In this document: piece by piece, positions 42,014 to 51,730 of the stretch
Position numbering within the stretch: position 1 is the first letter of the stretch
Layout: each line of letters opens with the position of its first letter
Source of the DNA: Actinomycetota bacterium
GTDB taxonomy: Bacteria > Actinomycetota > Nitriliruptoria > Nitriliruptorales > Nitriliruptoraceae
Direction: 5' to 3'
DNA: 54,713 bases
NCBI GenBank assembly: GCA_018335555.1
Contig: JAGXST010000221.1
Span: 1 to 54,713, forward strand
The notes under the pieces: generated by a model
What the model saw: the letters and a program-made list of their open reading frames with translations, nothing else
Database searches by the model: none
What the model was told of the DNA's origin: nothing
Program-made: the position numbers and the translations under genes

Positions 42014-43412
42014 GTTGAGCGCCAGGCTGCTCGCCGCTGCGGATGGCGACGGCTGGGCACGTAGCTGGTGGCGGACTTACGTGCTGACCGAGGCTGCCCG
42101 GCGTGACGTGCCGCTGCACATCGGGGTGCTGGTCACCGACCTGCTTGCCGACGGGGACTTGGACGATTCGTGGGTGACCACGCTGACCCATAGGTCATCG
42201 GTCCGGCAACTGCCTGCACCTGGAGAGCTGTGTGCGGTCAAGACCCGGACCGACATGGACGAGTTGTACGGGCAGGTACTGGCCACCCATCTGCAGCCGG
42301 CTCGGCTCGAGGCGGACGGGTCGCTGCCGGATGATCTGTCGCGACGGCGGGTGCTGGTCGATGTCGCGGACGGGATGCGCGGCTTCGAGCTGGACGACAC
42401 GGAACGGGCCAAACTGGCCCGCATCCGGGACAAGGAAGTGTGGCTGGATCGGGACGGGCACCTGCAGCTTGAGCTCGCGGTCGCGGACGAACGTGACGAT
42501 GCGACCCGGTACGCGCAGTGGCTGGCGGACGACAGTCGTCGGCGGCTGCGACGCGGACTGCCGGACCGGGCGGAGACGCTGCGTCGGTTGCTGCATGATC
42601 TGGTGGAGGCGGCGGGCAGCTATGAGGCATCGGTCGCGCGGGTCGGCGCGTACCTGTGCGGCCGGGAACAGGTCGAGGCGTGGTTGGACGGCCCGATCGG
42701 ACAGGGCCGGCTGCGTGACGAGTTCGCTCGGCTCGCGGACGAGCTGACCCGGCTGTACCCACAGCTGGACACGCCCCTGTCTTCGGCGCGTCGTGCCGCG
42801 GCGGCACTGCTCGACGAGCAGCTGGACCGGCTCGACCCGGTGGACCGCGCCCGGCTGACGGTCGGTCCGCCGCGGCTTCGGACGTTGTTCGCGTTGTGCG
42901 AGACGGTGCAGCAGCGGCTGCCGATGCTGGGACCGCCACTGCTGGAGGTCGATGGACGTCACGTGCTGGTCACGCCGGACGACAAGTTCGGCATCGCCGG
43001 GGTGTGGGATGTCCAGGAGCTGACCGCCGACCGGGCGGAGACGCTTCGCGACGAGGCACGTGCCGAGCTCGATGCGGCGTTCGCAGCGGCGCAACGCCGT
43101 GACGTGCAGGCCCGGCGGGTGCCGTTTCAAGTGGCGGTGTCACGACCGTCGCTGGCGCGCCAAGCGCTGGTGCTGCCGACGAACGTGCTGGAGCAGGTGC
43201 CAGACGGTGCGCCGGTCCGGGTCCGGCTGTCGTGTGCGGGCACGGGCCGGTACGCGCATCAGCAGGTGGTCGTCACCTCGGAAGCGGTGCCGGATGCGGG
43301 CGGGTCGGTCCCAATGGCATGGCCGGCGCTCATGACACCGAACACCGTTCTGGACGGGCTGGTGTCTGACCGGGGCCGAAGGATCGAGTTGACTGTCCGA
43401 GCAACCGGCTGA
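42006..43412 (+). CDS. Hypothetical protein, third gene of the ATPase/helicase operon
   Basis: GTG start overlapping the helicase stop; good codon use; no motif recognised. Confidence 0.75.
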   Translation: MDELSARLLAAADGDGWARSWWRTYVLTEAARRDVPLHIGVLVTDLLADGDLDDSWVTTLTHRSSVRQLPAPGELCAVKTRTDMDELYGQVLATHLQPARLEADGSLPDDLSRRRVLVDVADGMRGFELDDTERAKLARIRDKEVWLDRDGHLQLELAVADERDDATRYAQWLADDSRRRLRRGLPDRAETLRRLLHDLVEAAGSYEASVARVGAYLCGREQVEAWLDGPIGQGRLRDEFARLADELTRLYPQLDTPLSSARRAAAALLDEQLDRLDPVDRARLTVGPPRLRTLFALCETVQQRLPMLGPPLLEVDGRHVLVTPDDKFGIAGVWDVQELTADRAETLRDEARAELDAAFAAAQRRDVQARRVPFQVAVSRPSLARQALVLPTNVLEQVPDGAPVRVRLSCAGTGRYAHQQVVVTSEAVPDAGGSVPMAWPALMTPNTVLDGLVSDRGRRIELTVRATG

Positions 43413-43627
43413 CCAACAGCGGTGAGCAGCGGTGCCCGGTGTCTCACGTGGAGGTGAGCTCGACCGACATGCCGGCGGGGTGCTCGAGGTCGCGGATCGC
43501 TCGGCGCGGCCGCCACTCCTCTGCTCGGCGCCGTGCAGCCGAGCCGGCGTGCCTTGGGTACTCCAAGCGCCCCGGCTTGCCTTCGATCCGCCACGATCAC
43601 CGCGGTTGGGGGACAACCAGCTCTGGG

Positions 43628-43698
43628 CTGACATCCGGTGACGTACGGCCCCTGACACCTGGTGACGCTTCGCCACTGACATCCACCGACGATGCACA
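43628..43698 (-). repeat. Transposon right end: three TnsB-type sites plus 8-bp terminus
   Basis: CTGACATCCGGTGAC 43628, CTGACACCTGGTGAC 43652, CTGACATCCACCGAC 43676 (24-bp period), then GATGCACA. Confidence 0.9.
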
Positions 43699-43742
43699 CG
43701 TGATGATGGCCGCCCGTAGCTAGGCGCGAATCGTGCATCAAT

Positions 43743-43773
43743 CGTCGGCCCCAGGCAACGCCAGGGGCCGACG
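43743..43773 (+). terminator. Hairpin, probably the displaced nrdJ terminator
   Basis: CGTCGGCCCC-N11-GGGGCCGACG followed by CTCCATTTT, 40 bp after the right TSD. Confidence 0.6.
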
Positions 43774-43975
43774 CTCCATTTTCCCAACAATGCCGACCCG
43801 TAGGGCCGGGCTGCCGACGATTGCGCTCGGGAGAAATCTACAGCTAGCGCACTCACAGGTGCCCCAAGCTGAAGCACGCATCGTCCCGGCTAGATCGCCT
43901 GGGAGCGATTCGCAAGTAGCATGACGTCTGGGGCATCCAGTACTGAGTCATGCGGCGCCAAGCCAAGGGGCAATC

Positions 43976-45799
43976 GTGCGCTTACTGGAACAACACATTC
44001 CGTCAGTAGGGGCGATCTCGGTTCCGCTTCACCAGGAGAGTGAGGAGCTTTACCGAGACTTAGACAAGGCTGGCGAGATCCGCCGACTACGGCGTCTGGA
44101 GCAACTTGGCTTGGTGGCAGAAGCCTGGCATGGAGCGCGCCACACGCGCTGGGAAGCAACCCTCCTCAATCTCGATCTCATCGAACGCTCCAAAGCTCTT
44201 CCTAGGGTCAAGGTCGGTGCGCGAGTCCGCCTACCCAACGGGCTCATTTTTTCGTCGGGCACCGAATTGATGAAAGTCTGGGCGCTTATCCTGAATATCG
44301 GCCATCTTCGATGGACCTTTGAGGCGGAGGCAGAACTTCTTCACGCCCTGGCCCAACACCGCCACATCGAAGCCCTGCTAGGGGCGCTTCCGCACGATGT
44401 TGATGTAGACGCGTGGGCAAGACGCATCGTTGACGGTCAGGACCGGTATCGGTTCTACCAAGTTCTTGGGTACTACCGCATGTCATACAAGCTTACTCCG
44501 GGAGCATCCTTAGATGCATGGTTCGCTGCCCTCGGCGCCTATATCGGTCTCGGAGTGCAGTCTGAACAGCTTGTCAAGCTCCGATACGTATTCAAGCGCG
44601 CGCGGCGGCTGGCATACTTGTCTCTTGACGCTGAGTTCACGCCATCCGTGCAGCGCATCAACTACGCTGAGCTAGCCACGAATACGATGGTGCTCGACCG
44701 GTTACTCTGGCGAAGGGGCGTCACATCGGCAGCAAGCGATGAATTCGATGGTCTTGAAAGGTACCTATCGGAGCGGGTCTACTCTGGACTAGAGACGCTG
44801 GAGCGACTTTCTAGCCGGCGGGGAGACTTGCGCCGCAGAATCGAACACATTCTCGACGTAGGTGGCGCTAAGGCGGCGGTCGAGACCCTCGCCGCGGGGG
44901 AACTTCAAGCGGCAACTGCTGATCGGCGGTACACAGCCGTTGTGAGGGTGATCCTAGAGAAGCCGTTTGTTCCGGTCCGATCGGGAGAGCCATCGGTGCG
45001 GTCCAGCGAAGTGGCGCTCCGCGTCAATTCTTGGTTGGATCGCCGTAGTCTCAGTGTCGATTTTGAAGTCCGAGAACTACCTGACGGGGACCGTTTCATT
45101 CTTCAGGGTAATGCGCCCCCTGGCCAGCCCTACAGTCGCGCGGCTGCGCTTGTGGCAGCAATGCTCGGCATCGAGTTGCTCCGTGAGCGAGTTGTTGGGC
45201 AATACGCGGGATCCAGCATTGAGATGTTACGGCTGGTCCACGACCACTTCTTCAGCGAAGCATGCGAAGCGGTGGCTTTGTCGGCGGCGTCGCTCATTTT
45301 TCCTGATGGGAGGTGGGAAGCTAGGAGCCGACTCGGCATGCAGAGTGCAAACTTGCTCGCGAAGGCGGGCGACCTAACTGGGTCGATCGCCAGCCAAGAC
45401 GTGTCACGCCTCTCGGGACCCGAAGCGGCGGAGATCACGGCGCTTGCCCATGCCACACGGGGATTGCAGGGTGCAGGGCCTGCGATCGCCCTATTGACTC
45501 CGTTGGTTGCCGTGGGAGATGACGGTCAGGATCTGTTGGAACTCGATGGGTTCGCGATTTGTTACGACCTCCAGCGCGACGCCCTGACCCTGACAGTCGT
45601 GGAGGCGAAGCGGCGGCAACGCCGCAGCCGATCCAGCGCAGTCCGTGCCCTTGGCGCCAAGCTTTCGAATGCGATGTTGCCGCCAGCCACCTTCCGTGGT
45701 CGACTGGTCAGCGCCGAGAAGGGCCGGATTGGAATGGCATGGCGACATATTCGCATCCCCGCCCATCTACCGCGAGGCAGCGCTAGAACTGGAAGCTGA
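43976..45799 (+). CDS. Degenerate HD-domain protein with C-terminal PD-(D/E)xK-like domain
   Basis: RRLRRLEQLG..HTRWE..LNIGH (SAMHD1/dGTPase-like frame lacking HD); ELDG..VVEAKR; visibly lower GC. Confidence 0.7.
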   Translation: MRLLEQHIPSVGAISVPLHQESEELYRDLDKAGEIRRLRRLEQLGLVAEAWHGARHTRWEATLLNLDLIERSKALPRVKVGARVRLPNGLIFSSGTELMKVWALILNIGHLRWTFEAEAELLHALAQHRHIEALLGALPHDVDVDAWARRIVDGQDRYRFYQVLGYYRMSYKLTPGASLDAWFAALGAYIGLGVQSEQLVKLRYVFKRARRLAYLSLDAEFTPSVQRINYAELATNTMVLDRLLWRRGVTSAASDEFDGLERYLSERVYSGLETLERLSSRRGDLRRRIEHILDVGGAKAAVETLAAGELQAATADRRYTAVVRVILEKPFVPVRSGEPSVRSSEVALRVNSWLDRRSLSVDFEVRELPDGDRFILQGNAPPGQPYSRAAALVAAMLGIELLRERVVGQYAGSSIEMLRLVHDHFFSEACEAVALSAASLIFPDGRWEARSRLGMQSANLLAKAGDLTGSIASQDVSRLSGPEAAEITALAHATRGLQGAGPAIALLTPLVAVGDDGQDLLELDGFAICYDLQRDALTLTVVEAKRRQRRSRSSAVRALGAKLSNAMLPPATFRGRLVSAEKGRIGMAWRHIRIPAHLPRGSARTGS

Positions 45800-46003
45800 A
45801 CCTCCCGCCATCCCATAGTCGCTAGTAACTTGGCGGACCCAAGGAGAGACCGGCTAACCCCTCGCGGGGCTGGCGTGGATCAGGACCGGAGTCGGGGCGC
45901 GGAGCCTCTACGAGTCGTTCAAGGTCGCCGCCGCCTGACGACTCGACCTTGCCGTTGCGGCAGGCAGGGCCGGCGTGTCGGCCTTCCCGTATAGGGCGCC
46001 TCA

Positions 46004-46891
46004 CTAGCGGCCCGGTAGTTCCTCGCTCCGCGGCAGCGCGGTCTGTGCGCCCGGGCGGGTGATCGCCTTGCCGGCCACGACCATGCCGAAGCGGGCGGCT
46101 GACTCGAGGTCTGCGCCGTCGATGAGGGCGTCGACCAAGCCGGCGCAGAAGGCGTCGCCTGCGCCGGTCGTGTCGACCACGTCGATGGCGGGCGCCTTGA
46201 GGTGCGTCACCGCACTGGGCGTGACGCAGAGCACGCCCTGCCCTCCGAGCGTCACCGTGACCGCCGGCAGACCGAGCGTCCGGGCAACGTCGGCGATTTC
46301 GTCGATGTCGTCGAGGTCGGCGTCCACACCGCCGAGTTGAGCCAGTTCGGTTCGATTGGGCACGAGCACGTCCACGCGCTGTAACAGACTGGCCGGTAGT
46401 GCTCGCGCAGGGGCGGGGTTGAGGACGAGCACGCCGCCGGCCAGGCTCGCGGCTGCCTCCACCGCGGCGATCGGCACCTCGAGCTGGCACAGCACCACGC
46501 CGGCGTCCGCGACGCCGCCCGCCTCGACGTCCTCGGGGCCGACCCGGCTGTTGGCACCAGGCGACACGGCGATCTGGTTCTCGCCGTCGTCGGCGACGGT
46601 GATGACCGCGATGCCCGTCGGTGCGTCGGTTTCGCGCAGCCCCGAGCTGTCGACGCCCTCCCCGGTGAGGTGCCGACGCAGGCGTTGCCCGAAGTCGTCA
46701 CGACCGACGCACCCGATCAGCGCCACCTCGCGACCGAGGCGAGCAAGCCCTACGGCCTGGTTCGCGCCCTTGCCGCCGGGAAGCTGCCGGTGGTCGCCGC
46801 CCAGCACGGTCTCCCCGGGGGCGGGTAGGTGGGGCACGTGCACCACGACGTCCATGTTCACGCTGCCCACGACCGCGACTCGGCCCTTCAT
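46004..46891 (-). CDS. rbsK: Ribokinase (PfkB family)
   Basis: GSVNMD, PGGKGANQA, LNPAP, VPNRTE, DTTGAGDAF. Confidence 0.92.
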   Translation of the reverse strand: MKGRVAVVGSVNMDVVVHVPHLPAPGETVLGGDHRQLPGGKGANQAVGLARLGREVALIGCVGRDDFGQRLRRHLTGEGVDSSGLRETDAPTGIAVITVADDGENQIAVSPGANSRVGPEDVEAGGVADAGVVLCQLEVPIAAVEAAASLAGGVLVLNPAPARALPASLLQRVDVLVPNRTELAQLGGVDADLDDIDEIADVARTLGLPAVTVTLGGQGVLCVTPSAVTHLKAPAIDVVDTTGAGDAFCAGLVDALIDGADLESAARFGMVVAGKAITRPGAQTALPRSEELPGR

Positions 46892-46921
46892 ATGGCCCGC
46901 TCCTTGACACCCGGAATGTTA

Positions 46922-46933
46922 TAAATATATTTA
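46922..46933. promoter_or_regulatory. AT-rich palindrome, candidate GntR operator
   Basis: TAAATATATTTA in the 65-bp divergent rbsK/gntR gap. Confidence 0.55.
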
Positions 46934-46956
46934 GCACATATTACAGGAGGTGCGGC

Positions 46957-47601
46957 ATGGCGGAGAAGGGGATGCGGCAGTCCGAGCACGCCTATGCGGT
47001 GCTCAAGCGGGCGATCCTGACCCTGGATCTGCCCCCGGGCGAGCCGCTCAGCGACTCGGTACTCGTCGAGCGCTACGGCGTCGGGCGCACACCATTGCGT
47101 GAGGCCCTCCAGCGGCTGGTCGCCGAGGAGCTCGTCGTCGCCCACGGGCGACGGGGGATGGTGGTCTCGTCCTTCGGCGCGGGTGACATCCAGGCGCTGT
47201 TCGAGCTGCGGGTGCAACTCGACGGGTTCGCGGCAGGCCTGGCAGCGCAGCGCGCCACCGAGGAGGACATCGCCCGCCTCGACGCCATCTGTGAGGGGCG
47301 CGAGCCGGGCTCGGACGACCCCGTGCTGTTCGACGAGCTGCTGCACGACGCAATCGCCCGCGCCAGCCACAACCAGTACCTGATGACCACCTTGAGGCGT
47401 CTCTACGACCTCTCGGTCCGGATGTTGAACCTGCTGCAGTTCGAACGCGAGCCGCTGGAGCAGATGCACCGGGAGCACGAAGCGGTGGTCGACGCGATCA
47501 AGGCCCGCGATCCCAAACGTGCCTCGGCTTCGGCCCGGCGCCACGTCATGGCCCGCAACTGGTTCCCGACGCTCGCCGTCGAGGACGACGACCTGGGCTG
47601 A
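46957..47601 (+). CDS. GntR/FadR (FCD) transcriptional regulator
   Basis: PGEPL..GVGRTPLREALQRL; FCD-like LH..N..EH. Confidence 0.93.
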   Translation: MAEKGMRQSEHAYAVLKRAILTLDLPPGEPLSDSVLVERYGVGRTPLREALQRLVAEELVVAHGRRGMVVSSFGAGDIQALFELRVQLDGFAAGLAAQRATEEDIARLDAICEGREPGSDDPVLFDELLHDAIARASHNQYLMTTLRRLYDLSVRMLNLLQFEREPLEQMHREHEAVVDAIKARDPKRASASARRHVMARNWFPTLAVEDDDLG

Positions 47602-47634
47602 CGGCCAGAAGGCCGTGTCAACAAGGAGTTTCGA

Positions 47635-48777
47635 GTGACGAAGTCTGCCCTGTTCGAGAAGGTGTACGGATCGATCGCCGCGGCCAACATCGGCTCGGCG
47701 ATGGGCGCCGCGGTCGAGTGGGTGAGCGTCCCCGGCGGCGGGTGGCAAGCGATCGAGGACACGTTCGGCTGGGTCGACGGCTTCCTGCCCTGGGTGCAGC
47801 AGGAGCGCGACGTGCGCTACTGGAACAACAGCCCGCGGCTGCGCTACCAGCACATGGACATGCCGCCGGGAATGACCGAGGACGGCGCCGAGGTCCGCTA
47901 CCTGTTGACGCTGGCCATGCTCGAGAAGCGGGGGCGTGTCACCGTCGAGGACGTGGCCGAGGTCTTCGCCCGCGACATCGTGCGAGACGACATCGGCAGG
48001 CTCGTCAACCCGCACATCAAGATCCACCTCGACCGCCTGCGGGCCGGCGATGAGCAGACCCGTATCCCGCCCCGACTGCTGGGCGCGCTGACGCCCTGGC
48101 CGGGTCTGGTCGACGCCGCGCACATGATCGGTCCGGTCGGGATCATCAACGCCGGTGACGCCTATCAGGCCGCGTTGGACGCCGGAGACGTGGCGCTCCT
48201 GCTGCAGCCCGCCGCCAGCGGTGGGGTCGAAGCCTGCAAGCTCGTGGCCGCCGCCACGGCAGAAGCGTTCTCGCCGACTGCCAGTGTCGACTCGATCATC
48301 GGTGCCGCACTCGACAACGTCTCGGTCACCACCCGCGAGATCGTCGAGGAGACCCTCGAGATCGCGCGGAAGCACCCCGACATTCGAGACATCCGGGAGC
48401 CGATCCGTCAGCACTTCGCCCCGACGTACCCGTACGCCGACGCGGTCGAGACCGCGGCGGAGGCGCTCGCGTTGCTGTGGATCAGCCAGGGTGACGTCCG
48501 GGAAGCCATCGTGGGCGCGACCAACCTCGGCCGCGACACGGACTGCATCGCCGGCTGCCTCGGCCAGATCGTCGGCGCGTACGGCGGCATCGGAAACGTT
48601 CCGAGCGACTGGACCGAAACCGTCCAGGCCGCCCTCGACGCCAACGACTACACGCTGCAGTCCACGCCGATGGCCGAGCTCGCCGAGCAGGTGACGGCGG
48701 TCCTGGAGGAGCACATCGATGCGCTCGCCGGGCGCGTCGACGCGCTCCAGCAGCTTCGCAACACGGTGGGTAGCTGA
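47635..48777 (+). CDS. ADP-ribosylglycohydrolase family protein
   Basis: IGSAMGAAVE, TEDG, NLGRDTDCIA, GAYGG..VPSDW. Confidence 0.88.
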   Translation: MTKSALFEKVYGSIAAANIGSAMGAAVEWVSVPGGGWQAIEDTFGWVDGFLPWVQQERDVRYWNNSPRLRYQHMDMPPGMTEDGAEVRYLLTLAMLEKRGRVTVEDVAEVFARDIVRDDIGRLVNPHIKIHLDRLRAGDEQTRIPPRLLGALTPWPGLVDAAHMIGPVGIINAGDAYQAALDAGDVALLLQPAASGGVEACKLVAAATAEAFSPTASVDSIIGAALDNVSVTTREIVEETLEIARKHPDIRDIREPIRQHFAPTYPYADAVETAAEALALLWISQGDVREAIVGATNLGRDTDCIAGCLGQIVGAYGGIGNVPSDWTETVQAALDANDYTLQSTPMAELAEQVTAVLEEHIDALAGRVDALQQLRNTVGS

Positions 48778-48813
48778 CCCACCGACTCCACCATCCAAGG
48801 GAGAGGAACGAAC

Positions 48814-49854
48814 GTGATCGTGCATGGGAATCGGCGCCGGTGGCGTCTGCCGGCAGCACTTGTCCTGGCCTTGAGCCTGGGCCTGGCCGCCTGTGGCGGC
48901 GGCTCGGAGCCGAACACGAATGCGGCCACCGGCGACGAGCAGCCGGCCGGTGAGACGCAGACCTGGCGGCTGGCGCACTGCTGCGCCGACGGGAGTCACT
49001 TCGACGTCGGCGCCGAGCGGTTCGCCGAGCTTCTCGCCGAATACTCCGGTGGGGCCATCGAGGTGGAGGTCTTCCCCGACGGCCAGCTCGGGCAGGAGAC
49101 CGAAGTCATCCAGAGCGTGCAGCGTGGCACGATCGAGCTGACCTTCATCGGCCACGATCCGTTGGCACAGTTCACGGAAACCACCACGCTGCTGAGCCTG
49201 CCGTACGTCTTCGAGGACCACGGCCACGCCTTCGAGCTGCTGGAAGGCGAGCTGGGCGAGCACCTGGAGCAGGAACTGTCCGCGTCGTCGCTGCACGTCC
49301 TCGGCTGGGGACACAACGGCGCGCGCGTCTACACCAACAACGAGCGTCCGATCGAGGAGCCCGGCGACCTGCAGGGCCTGCGTATCCGGAGCCCCGAGAA
49401 CCCGGTCAACCTGGCCATCACCGACACGCTCGGTGGCGCCGGTGTGGCGATGCCGTATGGCGACGTCTACTCGGCCCTGCAGCAGGGGACGATCGACGGG
49501 CAGGAGAACGCCGTCGTCAACATCGCGCCCGCCAACCTGCAGGAAGTCCAGGACTACATGTCCATGACCCACCACCTGCTGTCGTTCACGGTGCTGCTCG
49601 TCAACGAGGACCTGCTCGCCGGACTGGATGACGACCTGCGAGACGCCGTCGAACGGGCCGCCGCCGACGCGATGGTCGAGCAGCGCAGCCACTCCGAGCA
49701 GGTCACCGACGAGCTGATCACTCAGATGGAGGAAGCGGGCGTCGAGGTCAACTGGCCCGACCTGGACTCGTTCCGTGAGGCGACCAGGCCTATCCACGAC
49801 CGCTACATCGGCGAAGCCTTCGACCAGGCCCTCTACGACCTCGTCACGCGCTGA
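48814..49854 (+). CDS. dctP: TRAP transporter substrate-binding lipoprotein
   Basis: LAAC lipobox; GQLGQE, DLQGLRIR, YSALQQGTIDGQEN. Confidence 0.93.
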   Translation: MIVHGNRRRWRLPAALVLALSLGLAACGGGSEPNTNAATGDEQPAGETQTWRLAHCCADGSHFDVGAERFAELLAEYSGGAIEVEVFPDGQLGQETEVIQSVQRGTIELTFIGHDPLAQFTETTTLLSLPYVFEDHGHAFELLEGELGEHLEQELSASSLHVLGWGHNGARVYTNNERPIEEPGDLQGLRIRSPENPVNLAITDTLGGAGVAMPYGDVYSALQQGTIDGQENAVVNIAPANLQEVQDYMSMTHHLLSFTVLLVNEDLLAGLDDDLRDAVERAAADAMVEQRSHSEQVTDELITQMEEAGVEVNWPDLDSFREATRPIHDRYIGEAFDQALYDLVTR

Positions 49855-49888
49855 TCGGCCAGGCCACCGCCGCCGGGAGGGAAGTGAT

Positions 49889-50401
49889 ATGCACGTCCTC
49901 CACATCGTCAACGATGCGCTGGCGGCGGTGGTCCGCTTCATCACAGGCGTCTTCACCGCGCTGCTGGTCGTCATCGTCACGAGCAACGTCTTCGCGAGGT
50001 ACGTCCTGCGGATGGGACTGCCGTGGGTGGAGGAGCTCAGCCGCATCCTGTTCGTCTGGGTCGTGTTCCTCGGCGCCTGTGTGGCGCTGCAGGAACGCGG
50101 CCACCTGGCCATCACCTTCGTGGTCGACCGGCTCCCCCCGCGCGGCCGCAAGCTCCTCGTCTGGGTCACCAACGCGCTGACCGCGGCGTTCCTGGTCGCG
50201 ATCGCGCTGGCCGGCTGGCAGCTGGTGACCTCCACCCTCGACTTCGGCACGCGCACCCCGGCCATGCGGGTGTCGCTGGCCTGGGGGTTCGCGTCCGTGC
50301 CGGTCGCCGCCGCGATCATGCTCTTCACCCTCGTCACCCAGACGCTGGACGGCAGTGACGAGCAACCACGCGGCCATGAGCCATCGGAGCAGGTGACGTG
50401 A
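49889..50401 (+). CDS. dctQ: TRAP transporter small permease
   Basis: VFARY, WVEELSR..WVVFLG, GHLAI; four TM helices. Confidence 0.9.
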   Translation: MHVLHIVNDALAAVVRFITGVFTALLVVIVTSNVFARYVLRMGLPWVEELSRILFVWVVFLGACVALQERGHLAITFVVDRLPPRGRKLLVWVTNALTAAFLVAIALAGWQLVTSTLDFGTRTPAMRVSLAWGFASVPVAAAIMLFTLVTQTLDGSDEQPRGHEPSEQVT

Positions 50402-50435
50402 AGGTTGCCGCCAACCGGATCGGGAGGTCACGCCC

Positions 50436-51719
50436 ATGAGCGGGATCGTCCTCATCGTCCTGCTGGTCCTGCTCCTCGTCGGCCGGACACGCATCGCCTT
50501 CGCCGTGGGACTGGCCACATGGGCCTACGTGCTGCTGTTCATGCCGGCCGTCGATTCGGTGACGATCGTGCAGCGCATGTACGCCGGCGCCGACTCGTTC
50601 GCGCTGACGGCGATCCCCTTCTTCGTCCTCGTCGGCGAGCTGATGAGTCGCGGCGGGATCTCCGAGCGACTGGTCCACTTCGCGCGAACCCTCGTCGGCC
50701 ACCTCACGGGCGGCATGGGCGTCGTCCAGCTCGTGGCGAGCATGATCTTCGCCAGCTTCTCGGGCTCAGCGGTTGCCAACGCCGCCGGCACGGGAGCGAT
50801 CACGATCCCCGCCATGGTGCGCGCCAACTACCCGCGGGGCCTGGCCGCCGCCGTGGAGTCGTCGTCGTCCAGCCTGGGCGCGATCATCCCGCCCAGCATC
50901 CCGATGATCGTCCTGGGCACGATCTCCGGCATCTCCATCGGCGGCCTGTTCGTCGCCGGCTACGTGCCTGCCGCGCTGCTCGCTATCGCACTGGTCATCG
51001 GCGTGCGCCGCGCGGCGATCCGGCACGACGTGCCCGTGGACCCTCGCGCCGACCTGCCGACGATCGGGCGTGCCGCCTGGTCGGCGGCCCCGGCACTGGC
51101 CACGCCCGTGCTGATCATGGGCGGCATCATCGGCGGCGTCATGACTCCCACCGAGGCCGGCGCCGTGGGCGCGTTCTACACCCTGCTCGTCGGGCTGTTC
51201 GGCTACCGCGAACTGCGACTGGCCGACCTCCCGGCCGCCATGGTCAACACCGCCAAGACCACCGGTGTCGTCATGCTCGTGATGACGACCGCCTCGGCGT
51301 TCAGCTGGGTCCTCGCCTTCGAGGGCATCCCGCGCCGGGTCGCCGCCGCCGTGCTCTCGCAGGTCAGCCACCCGGCCCTGATCATGCTCCTGCTGGTCGT
51401 GCTGCTGCTGATCGCGGGCACGTTCATCGACACCATCTCGGCACTGATCGTGCTCACGCCGGTGTTCCTGCCGGTCGCGGTGGCGGCCGGCGTCGATCCG
51501 ATGGCCGCCGGCGTCGTCATCGTCCTGGCCCTCACCCTGGGTGTCTGCACGCCACCGGTGGGCGTGGTGCTGTTCGTGACCTCCAGCATCGCGCAGACCA
51601 CCATCGAGGACACCTCCCGCGCCATCGTGCCCCTGATCGGGCTGCTCGTCGCCGTAACCATGCTCCTGGCGATCTTCCCGAACACGCTCGTCTGGCTTCC
51701 CCGACTGCTCGGCTTCTAG
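50436..51719 (+). CDS. dctM: TRAP transporter large permease
   Basis: AIPFF, SGSAVA, IIPPSI, TPTEAG, TPPVG. Confidence 0.94.
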   Translation: MSGIVLIVLLVLLLVGRTRIAFAVGLATWAYVLLFMPAVDSVTIVQRMYAGADSFALTAIPFFVLVGELMSRGGISERLVHFARTLVGHLTGGMGVVQLVASMIFASFSGSAVANAAGTGAITIPAMVRANYPRGLAAAVESSSSSLGAIIPPSIPMIVLGTISGISIGGLFVAGYVPAALLAIALVIGVRRAAIRHDVPVDPRADLPTIGRAAWSAAPALATPVLIMGGIIGGVMTPTEAGAVGAFYTLLVGLFGYRELRLADLPAAMVNTAKTTGVVMLVMTTASAFSWVLAFEGIPRRVAAAVLSQVSHPALIMLLLVVLLLIAGTFIDTISALIVLTPVFLPVAVAAGVDPMAAGVVIVLALTLGVCTPPVGVVLFVTSSIAQTTIEDTSRAIVPLIGLLVAVTMLLAIFPNTLVWLPRLLGF

Positions 51720-51730
51720 GAGGCACTCCC

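Larger units (their letters stand above)
10164..43698. mobile_element. Complete Tn7/Mu-like DDE transposon inserted at the nrdJ stop codon
   Basis: TGTGCATC at 10164 and GATGCACA ending 43698; CGTGA duplicated at 10159-10163 and 43699-43703; internal tnsB/tnsC. Confidence 0.93.

Noticed and set aside
10164-43698. CRISPR-associated transposon (CAST)
   Set aside because: No cas genes and no repeat-spacer array seen; the short end repeats are inverted between the two ends and fit TnsB sites
43704-45900. Second tandem transposon carrying the HD-like gene
   Set aside because: No TGT terminus, TnsB-site array or TSD found
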